DNA from: Mobula hypostoma
Lineage: Eukaryota
Assembly (NCBI RefSeq): GCF_963921235.1
Contig: NC_086108.1
Location: 25,420,001-25,484,000 of the forward strand
DNA: 64,000 nucleotides
Direction of reading: 5' to 3'
The translations under genes and the position numbers were made by a program. Below are positions 49,306-59,644 of this stretch, in pieces. The notes under the pieces are model-generated. The model saw only the letters and a list, made by a program, of their open reading frames with translations, ran no database searches and was not told the DNA's origin. Positions within the stretch are counted from its first letter, which is position 1; every line of letters starts with the position of its first letter.

Positions 49306-50137
49306 GGTAAACCAATAAAATTGGATTAATGTAAGTGGGTCATACAGTCAAAGAGCTGTTGGAAAAAAAATACTCACAATGATTAGTGAGGCACAGAGAG
49401 ATCTGTACTTACTGACAAGAACCTTTATTGTTTAAACTAACAAGAACGTGAATTCATAGACTAATTACCTTTTGTGTACACCCACTAAGCATCCCTGACT
49501 CTCCTGAATAGTCAAAGAATAGCAAAGGTATTACCCAGCAAAAGAGTCTATCTGGCCAGGTGATCCCCGTTGTCCCGATTCATTCGCCACGTGCTTCACG
49601 CAGGGTTGCTTACACTTGTATCTGTGATGGTTATTCTTTGAAGTTACTGCTACCAGCACAAACAAAGCATCCACTTTTATATTCATTCCTTATCAATTCA
49701 AGTATTACATTCCAGTGTTACTGGCCACAGATCACGTGTCTATCGTTTAACACCTTGTTATTCGCTCTGCTCCAAGCCAGCATCCATTTATTGCCCTCTT
49801 CCCATCAGTCAGTAATTTATGGCTCTTTGTTCTCAATCAGCAATGAACTTGAATCACTTCAGGCAGGCAGCAACCCCAACATTTACAAACTTGCATGTTA
49901 TAGCCAACCAAAGAACATCTCACAAATCTCATTTGGAAATGATCTCCAGTCCAGCAGATTACCTGAAGTATCAATGTGTCTTCTTTAAAACATTGATCAA
50001 GCCCAGCAAGTCAAGCTCACAAAATGGAGAATAGAGTGTTTTCACAAAATGGCAGCCTCCATCCCCAAGCATGCGGCAAGAACAAAGACTGTTTCCACTG
50101 TCCTTGATTCATTTGAATTCACTGATTTGTAGATTGT

Positions 50138-50202
50138 CATTCCTTCTGGCCAACAGAGCACCAGAACAGGCATTCCTTCTGGCCAACAGAGCACTGAAAC
50201 AG
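50138..50202. repeat. 33-bp tandem duplication
   Basis: CATTCCTTCTGGCCAACAGAGCAC at 50138 and 50171. Confidence 0.85.
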
Positions 50203-50356
50203 CACCAAACCAAGATGCTCATTCAAGTGCACTGCATTTGCCAGTGTTTGGCCCGAAACATTAACTGGATAATGTGTGTCTGATTGTCAGCATGGACTCA
50301 GTGAACTGAGGGGCATGTTCGGTGGCTGTACGTTTCTTGGATGGAAAGATTTAGGA

Positions 50357-50436
50357 CAGGGGGTCCCAACCTTGGTCCCACAGGCCCCTTGCTTAATGGT
50401 ATTATTCCATAGCATAAAAAAGATTGGGAAAAACTA
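50357..50436. mobile_element. Second 80-bp hAT MITE, inside a CR1 3'UTR fragment (~50335-50556)
   Basis: CAGGGGGTCCCAACC ... AAAAAAGATTGGGAAAAACTA; same length as, and similar interior to, 26719-26798. Confidence 0.65.
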
Positions 50437-51467
50437 GTTCAGAGAGAAATAGGCAAAATACAGGCAGACGGGTCCAGCTCAGGAAAGCACATTGGTCAGC
50501 ATAGAAAAGTTGGGCTGAAGAGGCATTTTCTGTGCTCATGTAACTCTCTGACTCTAAAAGTTAAAGTGGGAAAACTGACTACAAAAGAATGTTTTCATAA
50601 ATGAATGATTACTCCCCACAAAGAACCACTAAAAATCGTTTCACTTTGATGTGAATTCATAAATGTTGAATTCATTCCAAACTGACACTAATGTTAGTTT
50701 TTTTTAAAGGAAATTGGGCTCTTGCAGCTAAGTAATTTATCTTAATCATCTACAACTAGCTATCTTAACTTCGAAAAAAGTACCCCAAGACATCTTACAA
50801 AAGGAAAACAAAATCAATATCTATTTTATCTTTAAAAAATACAGCTTATGATAATAATCCAGTGAGTGATGTGTGAAGGTTTGCCTGATTCTGGTACAAT
50901 TGAATTCTGTGAATTGCCATCTCTCCAAGGAATACATATGTATTGGTGATTAAACAATACTAAGCAAGAATGCTGATAGAGCCACATATTTTATCGGATA
51001 GAATTTAATTTAACGTATTAACTCTGTTGTATTATGGCAGAATACAGTGACAACTATTGGCTGAATTGATCCGTGTTTCATTATTTATACAGCAGGGAAG
51101 AGATTGAAAGGATTTAGCTGGGAAAATTTGCCATATTGCTGAACTGTAGAATGATCTGCTGGTTTAAAAGGTAGCATATCGAGCAGATTTGAATTAGCAG
51201 TGTACAATACAAATGTCCATTAATCCTAGTTTTACTTCACCAATCTACAAATCATTTTATTAAAATGCTTATTTTGACCTCATTTATATATTGAATTTTA
51301 TATGAGAGAAAGCTTGTTTGATTGTCCTTAGACCTTACAGAAAAAGGAATCTGGTCCAGTAAAGTTACATATGCAGATACATATAATTTATCCACTTTGC
51401 AGAATGTCATATTCACTTATGCCGTGATAAGGAGGACTCAGTTCATCACGATTAAAACCCTCCCAAC

Positions 51468-53825
51468 AGAAATTTGGATGGCTCAGGGACAGGAATGGTT
51501 ACTTCAAGTGCTGGGTTTTAGATGTTTCAGAACGGACAGGGAGGAAGGCAAAAGAGGTGGGGGTGTGGCACTGTTGATCAGAGATAGTGTCACAGCTGCA
51601 GGAAAGGTGGACGTCATGGAGGGATTGTCTACGGAGTCTCTGTGGGTGGAGGTTAGGAACAGGAAGGAGTCTATAACTTTACTGGGTGTTTTTTATAGGC
51701 CGCCCAATAGTAACAGGGATATTGCGGAGCAGACAAGGAAACAGATCCTGGAAAGGTGTAATAATAACAGAGATGTCGTGATGGGAGAATTTAATCTCCC
51801 AAATATCAATCGGCATCTCCCTAGAGCAAGGGGCTTTGATGGGGTAGAGTTTGTTAGGTGTGTTCATGGAGGTTTCTTGGCACAATATGTAGATAAGCCT
51901 ACAAGAGGAGAGACTGTACTTGATTTGGTATTGGGAAATGAACCTGGTCAGGTGTCAGATCTCTCAGTGGGAGAGCATTTTGGAGATAGTGATCACAATT
52001 CTATCTCCTTTACCATAGCATTGGAAAAAGATAGGAACAGACAAGCTAGAAAAGTATTTAATTAGAGTAAGCGTCTATCAGGCAGGAAATTGGAAGCTTA
52101 AATTGGGAACAGATGTTCTCAGGGAAAAGTACGGAAGAAATGTGGCAAATGTTCAGGGGATAGTTCTGTGGAGTTCTGCATAGGTACATTCCAATGAGAC
52201 AGGGAAGTTATGGTAGGCTACAGGAACCATGGTGTACAAAGGCTGTAATAAATCTAGTCAAGATGAAAAGAAAAGCTTACAAAAGGTTCAGAGAGCTAGC
52301 TAATATTAGATTAGAAGATCTAGAAGATTAGATCTAGAAGATTATAAGGCTAACAGGAAGGAGTTAAGAAGGAAATTAGGAGAGCCAGAAGGGGCCATGA
52401 GAAGTTGGGCCGGATTAAGGAAAACCCCAAGGCATTCTGCAAGTATGTGAAGACCAGTGAGTCTTACTTTAGTGGTTGGTAAGTTGATGGAGAAGATCCT
52501 GAGAGGCAGGAATTATGAACATTTGGAGAAGTATAATCTGATTAGGAATAGTCAGCTTGGCTTTGTCAAGGGCAGGTCGTGCCTTATGAGCCTGATTAAA
52601 TTTTTTGAGGATGTGACTAAACACATTGATAAAGGAAGAGTAGTAGATGTAGTGTATATGGATTTCAGCAAGGCATTTGATAAGGTACCCCATACAAGGC
52701 TAATTGAGAAAATAAGGAGGCATGGGATCCAAGGGGACATTGCTTTGTGGATCCAGAACTGGCTTGCCCACAGAAGGCAAAGAGTGGTTGTAGACGGGTC
52801 ATATTCTGCATCGAGGTCGATGACCAGTACTGTGCCTCAGGGATCTGTTCTGGGACCCTTAATCTTCGTGAGTTTTATAAATGACCTGTATGAGGAGGTG
52901 GAGGGATGGGTTGGTAAGTTTGCTGATGACACAAAGGTTGGAGGTGTTGTGGATAGTGCGGAGGGCTGTCAGAGGTTACAGCGGTACATTGATAGGATGC
53001 AAAACTGGGCTGAGAAGTGGCAGATGGAGTTCAACCCAAATAAGTGTGAAGTGGTTCATTTTGGTAGGTCAAATATGATGGCAGAATATAGTATTAATGG
53101 TAAGACTCTTGGCAGTGTGGAGGAGCAGGGGGATCTTGGAGTCCGAGTCCACATGACGCTCAAAGCATCAGTGCAGGTTGACTTTATGGTTAAGAAGGCA
53201 TACGGTATATTGGTCTTCATCAATCGTGGAATTCAATTTAGGAGCTGAGAGGTAATGTTGCAACAATATAGGACCCTGGTCAGACCCCACTTGGAGTACT
53301 GTGCTCAGTTCTGGTTGCCTCACTACAGGAAGGATGTGGAAATAATAGAAAGGGTGCAGAAGAGATTTACAAGGATGTTGCCTGGATTGGGGAGCATGCC
53401 TGATGAAAACAAGTTGAGTGAACTTGGCCTTTTCTCCTTGGAGCGACAGAGGATGAGAGGTGCCCTGATAGAGGTGTATAAGATGATGAGAGGCATTGAT
53501 CGTGTGGATAGTCAGAGGCTTTTTCCCAGGGCTGAAGTGGTGGCCACAAGAGGACACAGGTTTAAGGTGCTGGGGAGTAGGTACAGAGGAGATGTCAGGG
53601 GTAATTTTTTTACGCAGAGAGTGATGAGTGCGTGGAATGGGCTGCCAACAACAATGCTAGAGGCAGATACGATAGGATCTTTTAAGAGACTTTTGGATAG
53701 GTAGATGGAGCTTAGAAAAATAGAGGGCTATGGGTAAGCCTAGTAATTTCTAAGGTAGGGACATGTTCGGCACAACTTTGTGGGCCAAAGGGCCTGTATT
53801 GTGCTGTGGGTTTTCTATGTTTCTA
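51468..53825 (+). mobile_element. CR1 ORF2 (EN, RT, 3'UTR) with an internal deletion near 52456
   Basis: GGGVALLI, FYRPPN, SDHN, YMDFSKAFDKV, PQGSVLGP, KFADDTK and PHLEYC; stem-loop and tttctatg tail. Confidence 0.93.
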
Positions 53826-54918
53826 GCTTTCTATTGAGCACATTTGAATGAAACGTTGCCAGAGAAAAGCAGCATCCATCATCAAAGATCCTCACCACCC
53901 AGGCCATGCTCTTTTCTCACTGCTGCCATTAGGCAGAAGGTACAGGTGCCTCAGGAAGCGCTCCACTAGGTTCAGGAACAGTTACTACCCTCAACCATCA
54001 GGCTCTTTAACAAAAGGGAATAATTACACTCATTCTACTTCTGGTGTTCCCACAAAGGATGATCTCACTTTAAGGGCTCTTTACCTTGTTATTTCATGCT
54101 CGTTATTTATTTTTATTTATCTATATTTGCATTTGCACAGTTTGTTGTCTGTTGATCCTGTTTACAGTTCCTGTTCTATAGATTTACTAAGTATGCCAGT
54201 AGAAAAAGATTCTCAAGGATGTCTTATGGTGACAAGTGTGTACTCTGATAACAATAAATTTTACTTTACTTTTTACTTTAATAATGAATATGGCCCAGTC
54301 CATCATGGGTAAAGCCCTCCCTACCATTTAGTACATCTACATGAAACACCGACACAGGAGAGAAGGATCCATCAGCCATCAGCCCCCCAACCACACAAGA
54401 CATAATCTCTGCTCTTTGCTGCCATCAGGAAGAAAGTACAAGAGCCTCCGGGCTCACACCATCATCAAAAGCAGCATCCATCATCAAAGATCCTCACCAC
54501 CCAGGCCATGCTCTTTTCTCGCTGCTGCCATCAGGCAGAAGGTACAGGTGCCTCAGGGTGATCTCCACTAGGTTCAGGAACAGTTACTACCCTCAACCAT
54601 CAGGCTCTTGAACCAAAGGGGATAACTTCACTCAACTTCACTCGCTCCATCATTGAAATATTCCCTTACCTAATGGACTCACTTTCAAGGAATCTTTATG
54701 TTCTCAATATTTATTGCTCATTTAGTTTTGTATTTGCACAGTTTGTTGTCTTCTACAATCTGGTTTAACGCCCTAGTTGAGTGGTCCTTCATTAATTCTG
54801 TTCTGGTTATTATTCTATAGATTTCTTGAGTATGCCCACAAGAAAATGAATCTCAGGGTTGTATGTGGTGACTTATCTATACTTCGATGATAACATTTAC
54901 TTTGAACTTTAAACTTTA
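53826..54918 (+). mobile_element. Two adjacent Rex1/Babar-type 3' fragments (53826-54280; 54288-54918 with an internal duplication)
   Basis: The HPGHALFSLLP-coding segment occurs three times; tails (TTTAC)n and tttgaactttaaacttt. Confidence 0.85.
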
Positions 54919-55124
54919 ATCTTTCCCTATACAAATGAATCAAATAAAGCAATCTTTTGATCTGAGCTTATCAGTCTGCAAAAATTGGAATATTTTGATT
55001 GAAAGATCCTTGTTAAAGCTGTAATCTCAATTTGAATATACATACCAAAGAGAAGTGTGAAGTATTTAAAAGTATAGAGACAAAAAACTTGGTAAAGTGC
55101 ACGAAAGCTTCCTGAGTCACAACA

Positions 55125-55625
55125 CTTGTTTTAGTTTGATGTTGTGTTTGCCAAGCTTGGCAATTAGCTTGCAGACATTTCACCACATGTCAAGGTGATG
55201 TCCTCAGTTGTTGGTGTGCTCACTTTTATATAGGCCCCCGCGTTTGCTTGCCTTGGTCCTGATTGGCTTCCCCTTCAGCTGACCTTTGAATTCTATTGGC
55301 TCGCTTTTCTTTGGCTCTTGGTGGCTCGTAGATGGCATCTATTTCGATATGTTTGTTTATGAAGTTATCAGAAGAGAACTACACTCCTAAAAATTCTTTT
55401 GTCTGCTTCGTGTTTGTCTGTGCCAGAACCTCCCTGTTAAAGGGGCTGCCAATCATCACTGCGGGGGGCGGGGGGGGGCTATATAAACGTGAGCACTCCC
55501 AGAGAGAAACATCAACAACTCTGTACAGAGGCTGTTACCTCAAATGGTGATGAAACGTCTGCATGTTAATTGCCAGGCTCAGCAAACACCATAACATCAA
55601 GTGCCTGAACCAAGCTACCCATATT
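55125..55625 (-). mobile_element. Penelope-like element of a second family: GIY-YIG C-terminus between inverted terminal repeats
   Basis: Minus-strand KEFLGV*FSSDNFINKHIEIDAIYEP; arms ~55137-55240 and ~55472-55598 are inverted copies, each with a TATA-like box and a hammerhead-like motif. Confidence 0.75.
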
Positions 55626-56108
55626 CACCATCATCATAAATTTCCTTTAGTGTCCATTCCAGATGGAATTTAAGGCAATATTCAATCATTGCACTATTTA
55701 TTTTTTGCCTGTGTGATGTAAATGAAATCCCTCTCACCTTCCCTCAAACATTTATATTCCCACACTATGTGTTTCCTTATCTACCAGCAGAAAGGAAAGA
55801 TTAATCTGTCTAAACCAAGAACACTTTACTTCTTTCAGATGACTGGTGAATCCTAACTCTCTCAAGTCTACATCAACTATCAACCAGCCATTTAGACTGA
55901 CCTCAAACTAAACTCGTTTTTTATTCTTCTCAGATTCCCATCATCAAATGCAGAACCTACCACTGACATGTACACTAAAGGCAATTTATAGTGGCCAATT
56001 AACTGACCAACCTCCATCCTTTTTGTGCCCAGGATAATAAATGAAAGGGACTATTTGAAACTTGTTATTGAGCATCATAATAATATTTTGTTTGAGATCA
56101 GAAATGAC

Positions 56109-58106
56109 CATTGGTCCCCAACCACTGGGCCGCAGACCGGTACCAGGCCGCAAAGCATGTGCTACCGGGCCGCGAGGAAACAATATGATTTGGCGGTATG
56201 AAACAATGTGAGTCAGCTACACATTTCCTCATTCCCTGTCATGCCCACTGTTGAACTTGAATGCACACGAGGTCATTACTCACGCGAGGTCAACTACTCG
56301 ATGAGTAAAAAACAAACGTCGCTTGAGAGTTTCCTTGGAAGAGATGGTAGGGGTCATAAAAGGCCTAACGATTATGGTAACGCAGAGACAGCTGAGGCCG
56401 AGACTGCTAAAAAAAGAAAGCTTCCTTCAACAGAAAATACGACGAGTCATACATAAAATATGGCTTTATTGTGACTGGTGACTTGCACGCTCCAAGCCCC
56501 CTGTGTGTGATATGTGGGGACAAGCTGTCTAATGAGGCAATGAAGCCCTCAAAACTGCATTGGAACCTTGAGTCCAGCACCCTGCACTTAAAGACAAACC
56601 CGTTGAGTTTTTTGAGCGGAAAAAACGTGATCAAGCGGGACAGAAGCAAGTGCTGAGAGTCACCACCTCCACAAATGCTGCTGCTCTGAGAGCGTCGTAC
56701 TTAGTGGCTAGCCGTATTGCTAAGGCTAAGAAGCCTTTCACTGTTGGTGAAGAATTGATTCTGTCTGCTGCCAAGGACATGTGCTGTGAACTGTTGGGAG
56801 AAGCTGCAGCTAACAAGATGGCACAGGTTTCTCTTTCAGCTACCACAGTTTCAAGGAGAATCGATGACATAGTGGAAGATATCAAAGCACAGCTGTTGGA
56901 ACGGCTTAATGAGTCTGGTTTCACTACCCGACTCAAAGAGGTTGCTCCTGACTGCCAGTCTACACACTGTGTCACACACAAGGAAATGCCGACTAGCCGA
57001 AAAATGTCACCTGATCTTAACAGCATATTGAGTGACATTGTTGAAGTTATCAATCATTTCAAAGCAAAAGATCTGAACTCACGTCTGTTTGAGCAGTTTT
57101 GCGAGGAAATGGATGCAGAGCACAAATGCTGACTCTTACACATTGAGGTCAGGTGGCTATCAAGGGGGAGAGCCCTGGCCAGGGTTTTTGAGATAAGAGA
57201 GCAGCTACAGAGATTTCTTTCAGGAAAAAAGTCACCACTGGCAGCACACTTCAGTGACAAGGAGTGGATAGCAAAACTCGCTTATCTGTGTGACATCTTC
57301 AACCTTCTCAATGAACTCAATTTGTCACTTCAGGGGAGAATGAAAACTGTCTTCAAGTTGGCAGATAAAGTGTCTGCTTTCACAGGCAAACTGGAACTGT
57401 GGGGACGGCGAGTGGACAGGGGCATATTTGACACGTTCCCAACATTAGCTGGGATTTTGGGAGAGACTGAGGCTGCACCGTCCTTCTCACAGCTGGTGCG
57501 CGAACACCTATCTGCACTGTTGACAGAATTCGAGCGTTACTTCCGAACCGCAAATGACCCAAGACGTGCAAAGGAATGGGTCCATGACCCATTTGTGAAT
57601 GTCCCCGGTGAATCATCCATGTCAACGCGAGAAGAAGATCAACTCATCGAGCTTGCAAATGACGGTGGGCTGAAAAGTATGTTTGATATAACATCCCAGC
57701 TGGCATTCTGGATCAAAGTCAGGGCTGAATATCCTGAGATAGCCACGAAAGCACTGAAAACATTGCTTCCATTTCCAACATCATATCTCTGCGAAGCGGA
57801 GTTTTCTGCAATGAATGCAACGAAAACTAAATTGCAGAATAGACTGGACGTAAAGAATCCCCTTATAATTGACTTATCACTATATTCATGCGAGGAAAAT
57901 ATGCGTTGTGTGTTTAATATTAAATTCGTTAGATAAACCCTTTTAGAAATGAAATTGAGTGTATTCGCCACTGATAAGTGACTTATAGTTGACTTACCAT
58001 CTATATTCTGGTCATGATTAACACACCCCCCTCCCCATCGGCCGGTCCTCAAGAATATTGTCAATATTAAACCGGTCCACGGTGCAAAAAAGGTTAGGGA
58101 CCCCTG
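56109..58106 (+). mobile_element. hAT Charlie/Buster-type DNA transposon, internally deleted
   Basis: TIRs CATTGGTCCCCAACC / GGTTAGGGACCCCTG; BED-like CVICGDKLSNEAMKPSKL, KPFTVGEELI, HCVTHKE, EVRWLSRG and FPTSYLCEAEFS; TSD only partial (GAAATGAC / CAATAGAC). Confidence 0.92.
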
Positions 58107-58779
58107 CAATAGACCATAGCCCTGAATCTAAAACATGTACAGTTAGGCTGCTTTGAGAGTGTAGGTTTGAGCCCTACATCACTAAGGCATAACCTTTACC
58201 CCAGTCTATTTTCTAGCATAGAACTGCTACTGAAATTTTGATGCAGAGTTTTCCAACCATAACTGAATTGTCCTTTAGGAGGACTTTGAGACATTGCATC
58301 AGCAGGCAATTTTCTTAAGAATCCTTCAAACTACAATGAAGTTGCATATCAAGATTACACTAATTGCCAGTCAAAACACTACAGATGATAAAGTTCAGTC
58401 ATCTTAAGATTCCAGATATGAAGAAGTTTATTGGATGATCTGGAAGTAAAGTGCTACTGAACTATGAAGGCAACATTGTGGTGGGCTGCCTTCATATGCT
58501 ATTTCAAATCTATTTCTGTCCCAGATAAAATAAGAGGAAGAACAGAAAATCTCATTTCAGCTCTTTAAACTATAATCATGCCTCTGTACTTCGAGGTATC
58601 TCTTACTTTAAAGGTGCTTATGAAACACAAAGAACAAAGGAGGGCAAAAGAAGTCTTTAAAACTGATGATGTCAATGCTATTAATACCTCTCAACTTCAA
58701 ATCAATCTGCATAATCACCAACAATTGGGAGATAAGTAACAGTAACAGGGAATGGTGACCTTACTATAATGTTGGATGG

Positions 58780-58882
58780 TGAAGGTGATAGGTAAAGCCA
58801 GGTGAGTGAGAGATGGGGGATGAAGTAAGAAGCTGGGATGTAATAGGTGGAAAAAGTAAAGGGCTGGAGAAAAATGAATCAG
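58780..58882 (-). mobile_element. Penelope-like 3'UTR fragment
   Basis: Purine-rich segment collinear with 42390-42480 and 49030-49090. Confidence 0.55.
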
Positions 58883-59536
58883 AGTCCTCTTGAAATGAAC
58901 GCTACCATTGCATTTCCCTTTCTCACCACAGACTCAACCTGCAAATGAACCTTAAGCTCCTCCCGTGGAGGGTCAGACACCCTGAGCCAATAGACTGGTC
59001 CTGGACTTATTTTCCATCTGGCATAGTTTGCATTTTGTTGTTTGATTGTTGGGGGTTTTTGTATTGCTACATTTACGCTCTATTCTTGATTGGTGCGGCG
59101 GTAACGAAACCAGATTTCCCTCGGGATTAATAAAGTATATCTATCTATCTATCTACCTTTCTGCACTAGGACTCACAAGTCCCTTTGCACGTCAGTTGTT
59201 TTTGCATTTTCTCTCCATTTGGAAAATCATCAGCCCTTTCATTTCTTCTGCTAAAGTGCATGAACATGCCCTTCCCAGCACTGTATTCCATCTGCCATTT
59301 CTTTGCCCATTCTCCTAATCTAAGTCCTTATGTAGCCTCTCTGCTTCCTCAGAATTACCTGCCCTTCCATCTATCTTCATATTGTCTGGAAACTTTTCAA
59401 CAATGCAATCAATTCCATTATCCAAATCATTGACAAATAACGTAGAATGAATCAGTCCCAACACAGACCCCTTTTGAAACACCACTAGTCACTGGCAGCC
59501 TGTCGAAAAAGGTTCCCTTTATTCTCACTCTTTGCC
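58883..59536 (-). mobile_element. Older CR1 RT fragment, interrupted at 58954-59154
   Basis: QRVRIKGTFFDRLPVTSGV; collinear with 19650-20090. Confidence 0.8.
58954..59154 (+). mobile_element. 201-bp Rex/Babar 3' end with a 5-bp TSD
   Basis: Matches 22535-22770 (ggagggtcagacaccctgagcc..., gtaacgaaa..., aataaagtat); (TATC)n tail; ACCTT at 58949-58953 and 59155-59159. Confidence 0.85.
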
Positions 59537-59644
59537 TCATAGAAACATAGAAACATAGAAACATAGAAAATAGGTGCAGGAGTAGGCCATTCGGCCCTTC
59601 GAGCCTGCACCGCCATTTATTATGATCATGGCTGATCATCCAAC

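Noticed and set aside
49560..49988. 142-aa plus-strand ORF
   Set aside because: GTG start, no recognisable domain and no flanking splice or promoter support
50138..50202. 24-bp repeat pair as a CRISPR-like array
   Set aside because: Only two units with a 9-bp spacer in eukaryotic context; a simple tandem duplication
50255..50290. Additional hammerhead from 'ggcccgaaacattaactg'
   Set aside because: No upstream CUGANGA core or stem I partner; at most a degraded fragment
51322..52065. 247-aa ORF as a host-endonuclease fusion gene
   Set aside because: It starts at TTG and is a chance read-through from flank into a truncated CR1 EN that has lost its N-terminal motifs and has GEFN for GDFN
52305..52345. 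TAGAAGAT(C/T) repeats as a functional array
   Set aside because: A small slippage duplication inside a dead CR1
56301..57860. Domesticated ZBED/Buster host gene
   Set aside because: It has frameshifts, a stop at 57130, a catalytic-core deletion and retained TIRs, indicating a dead transposon
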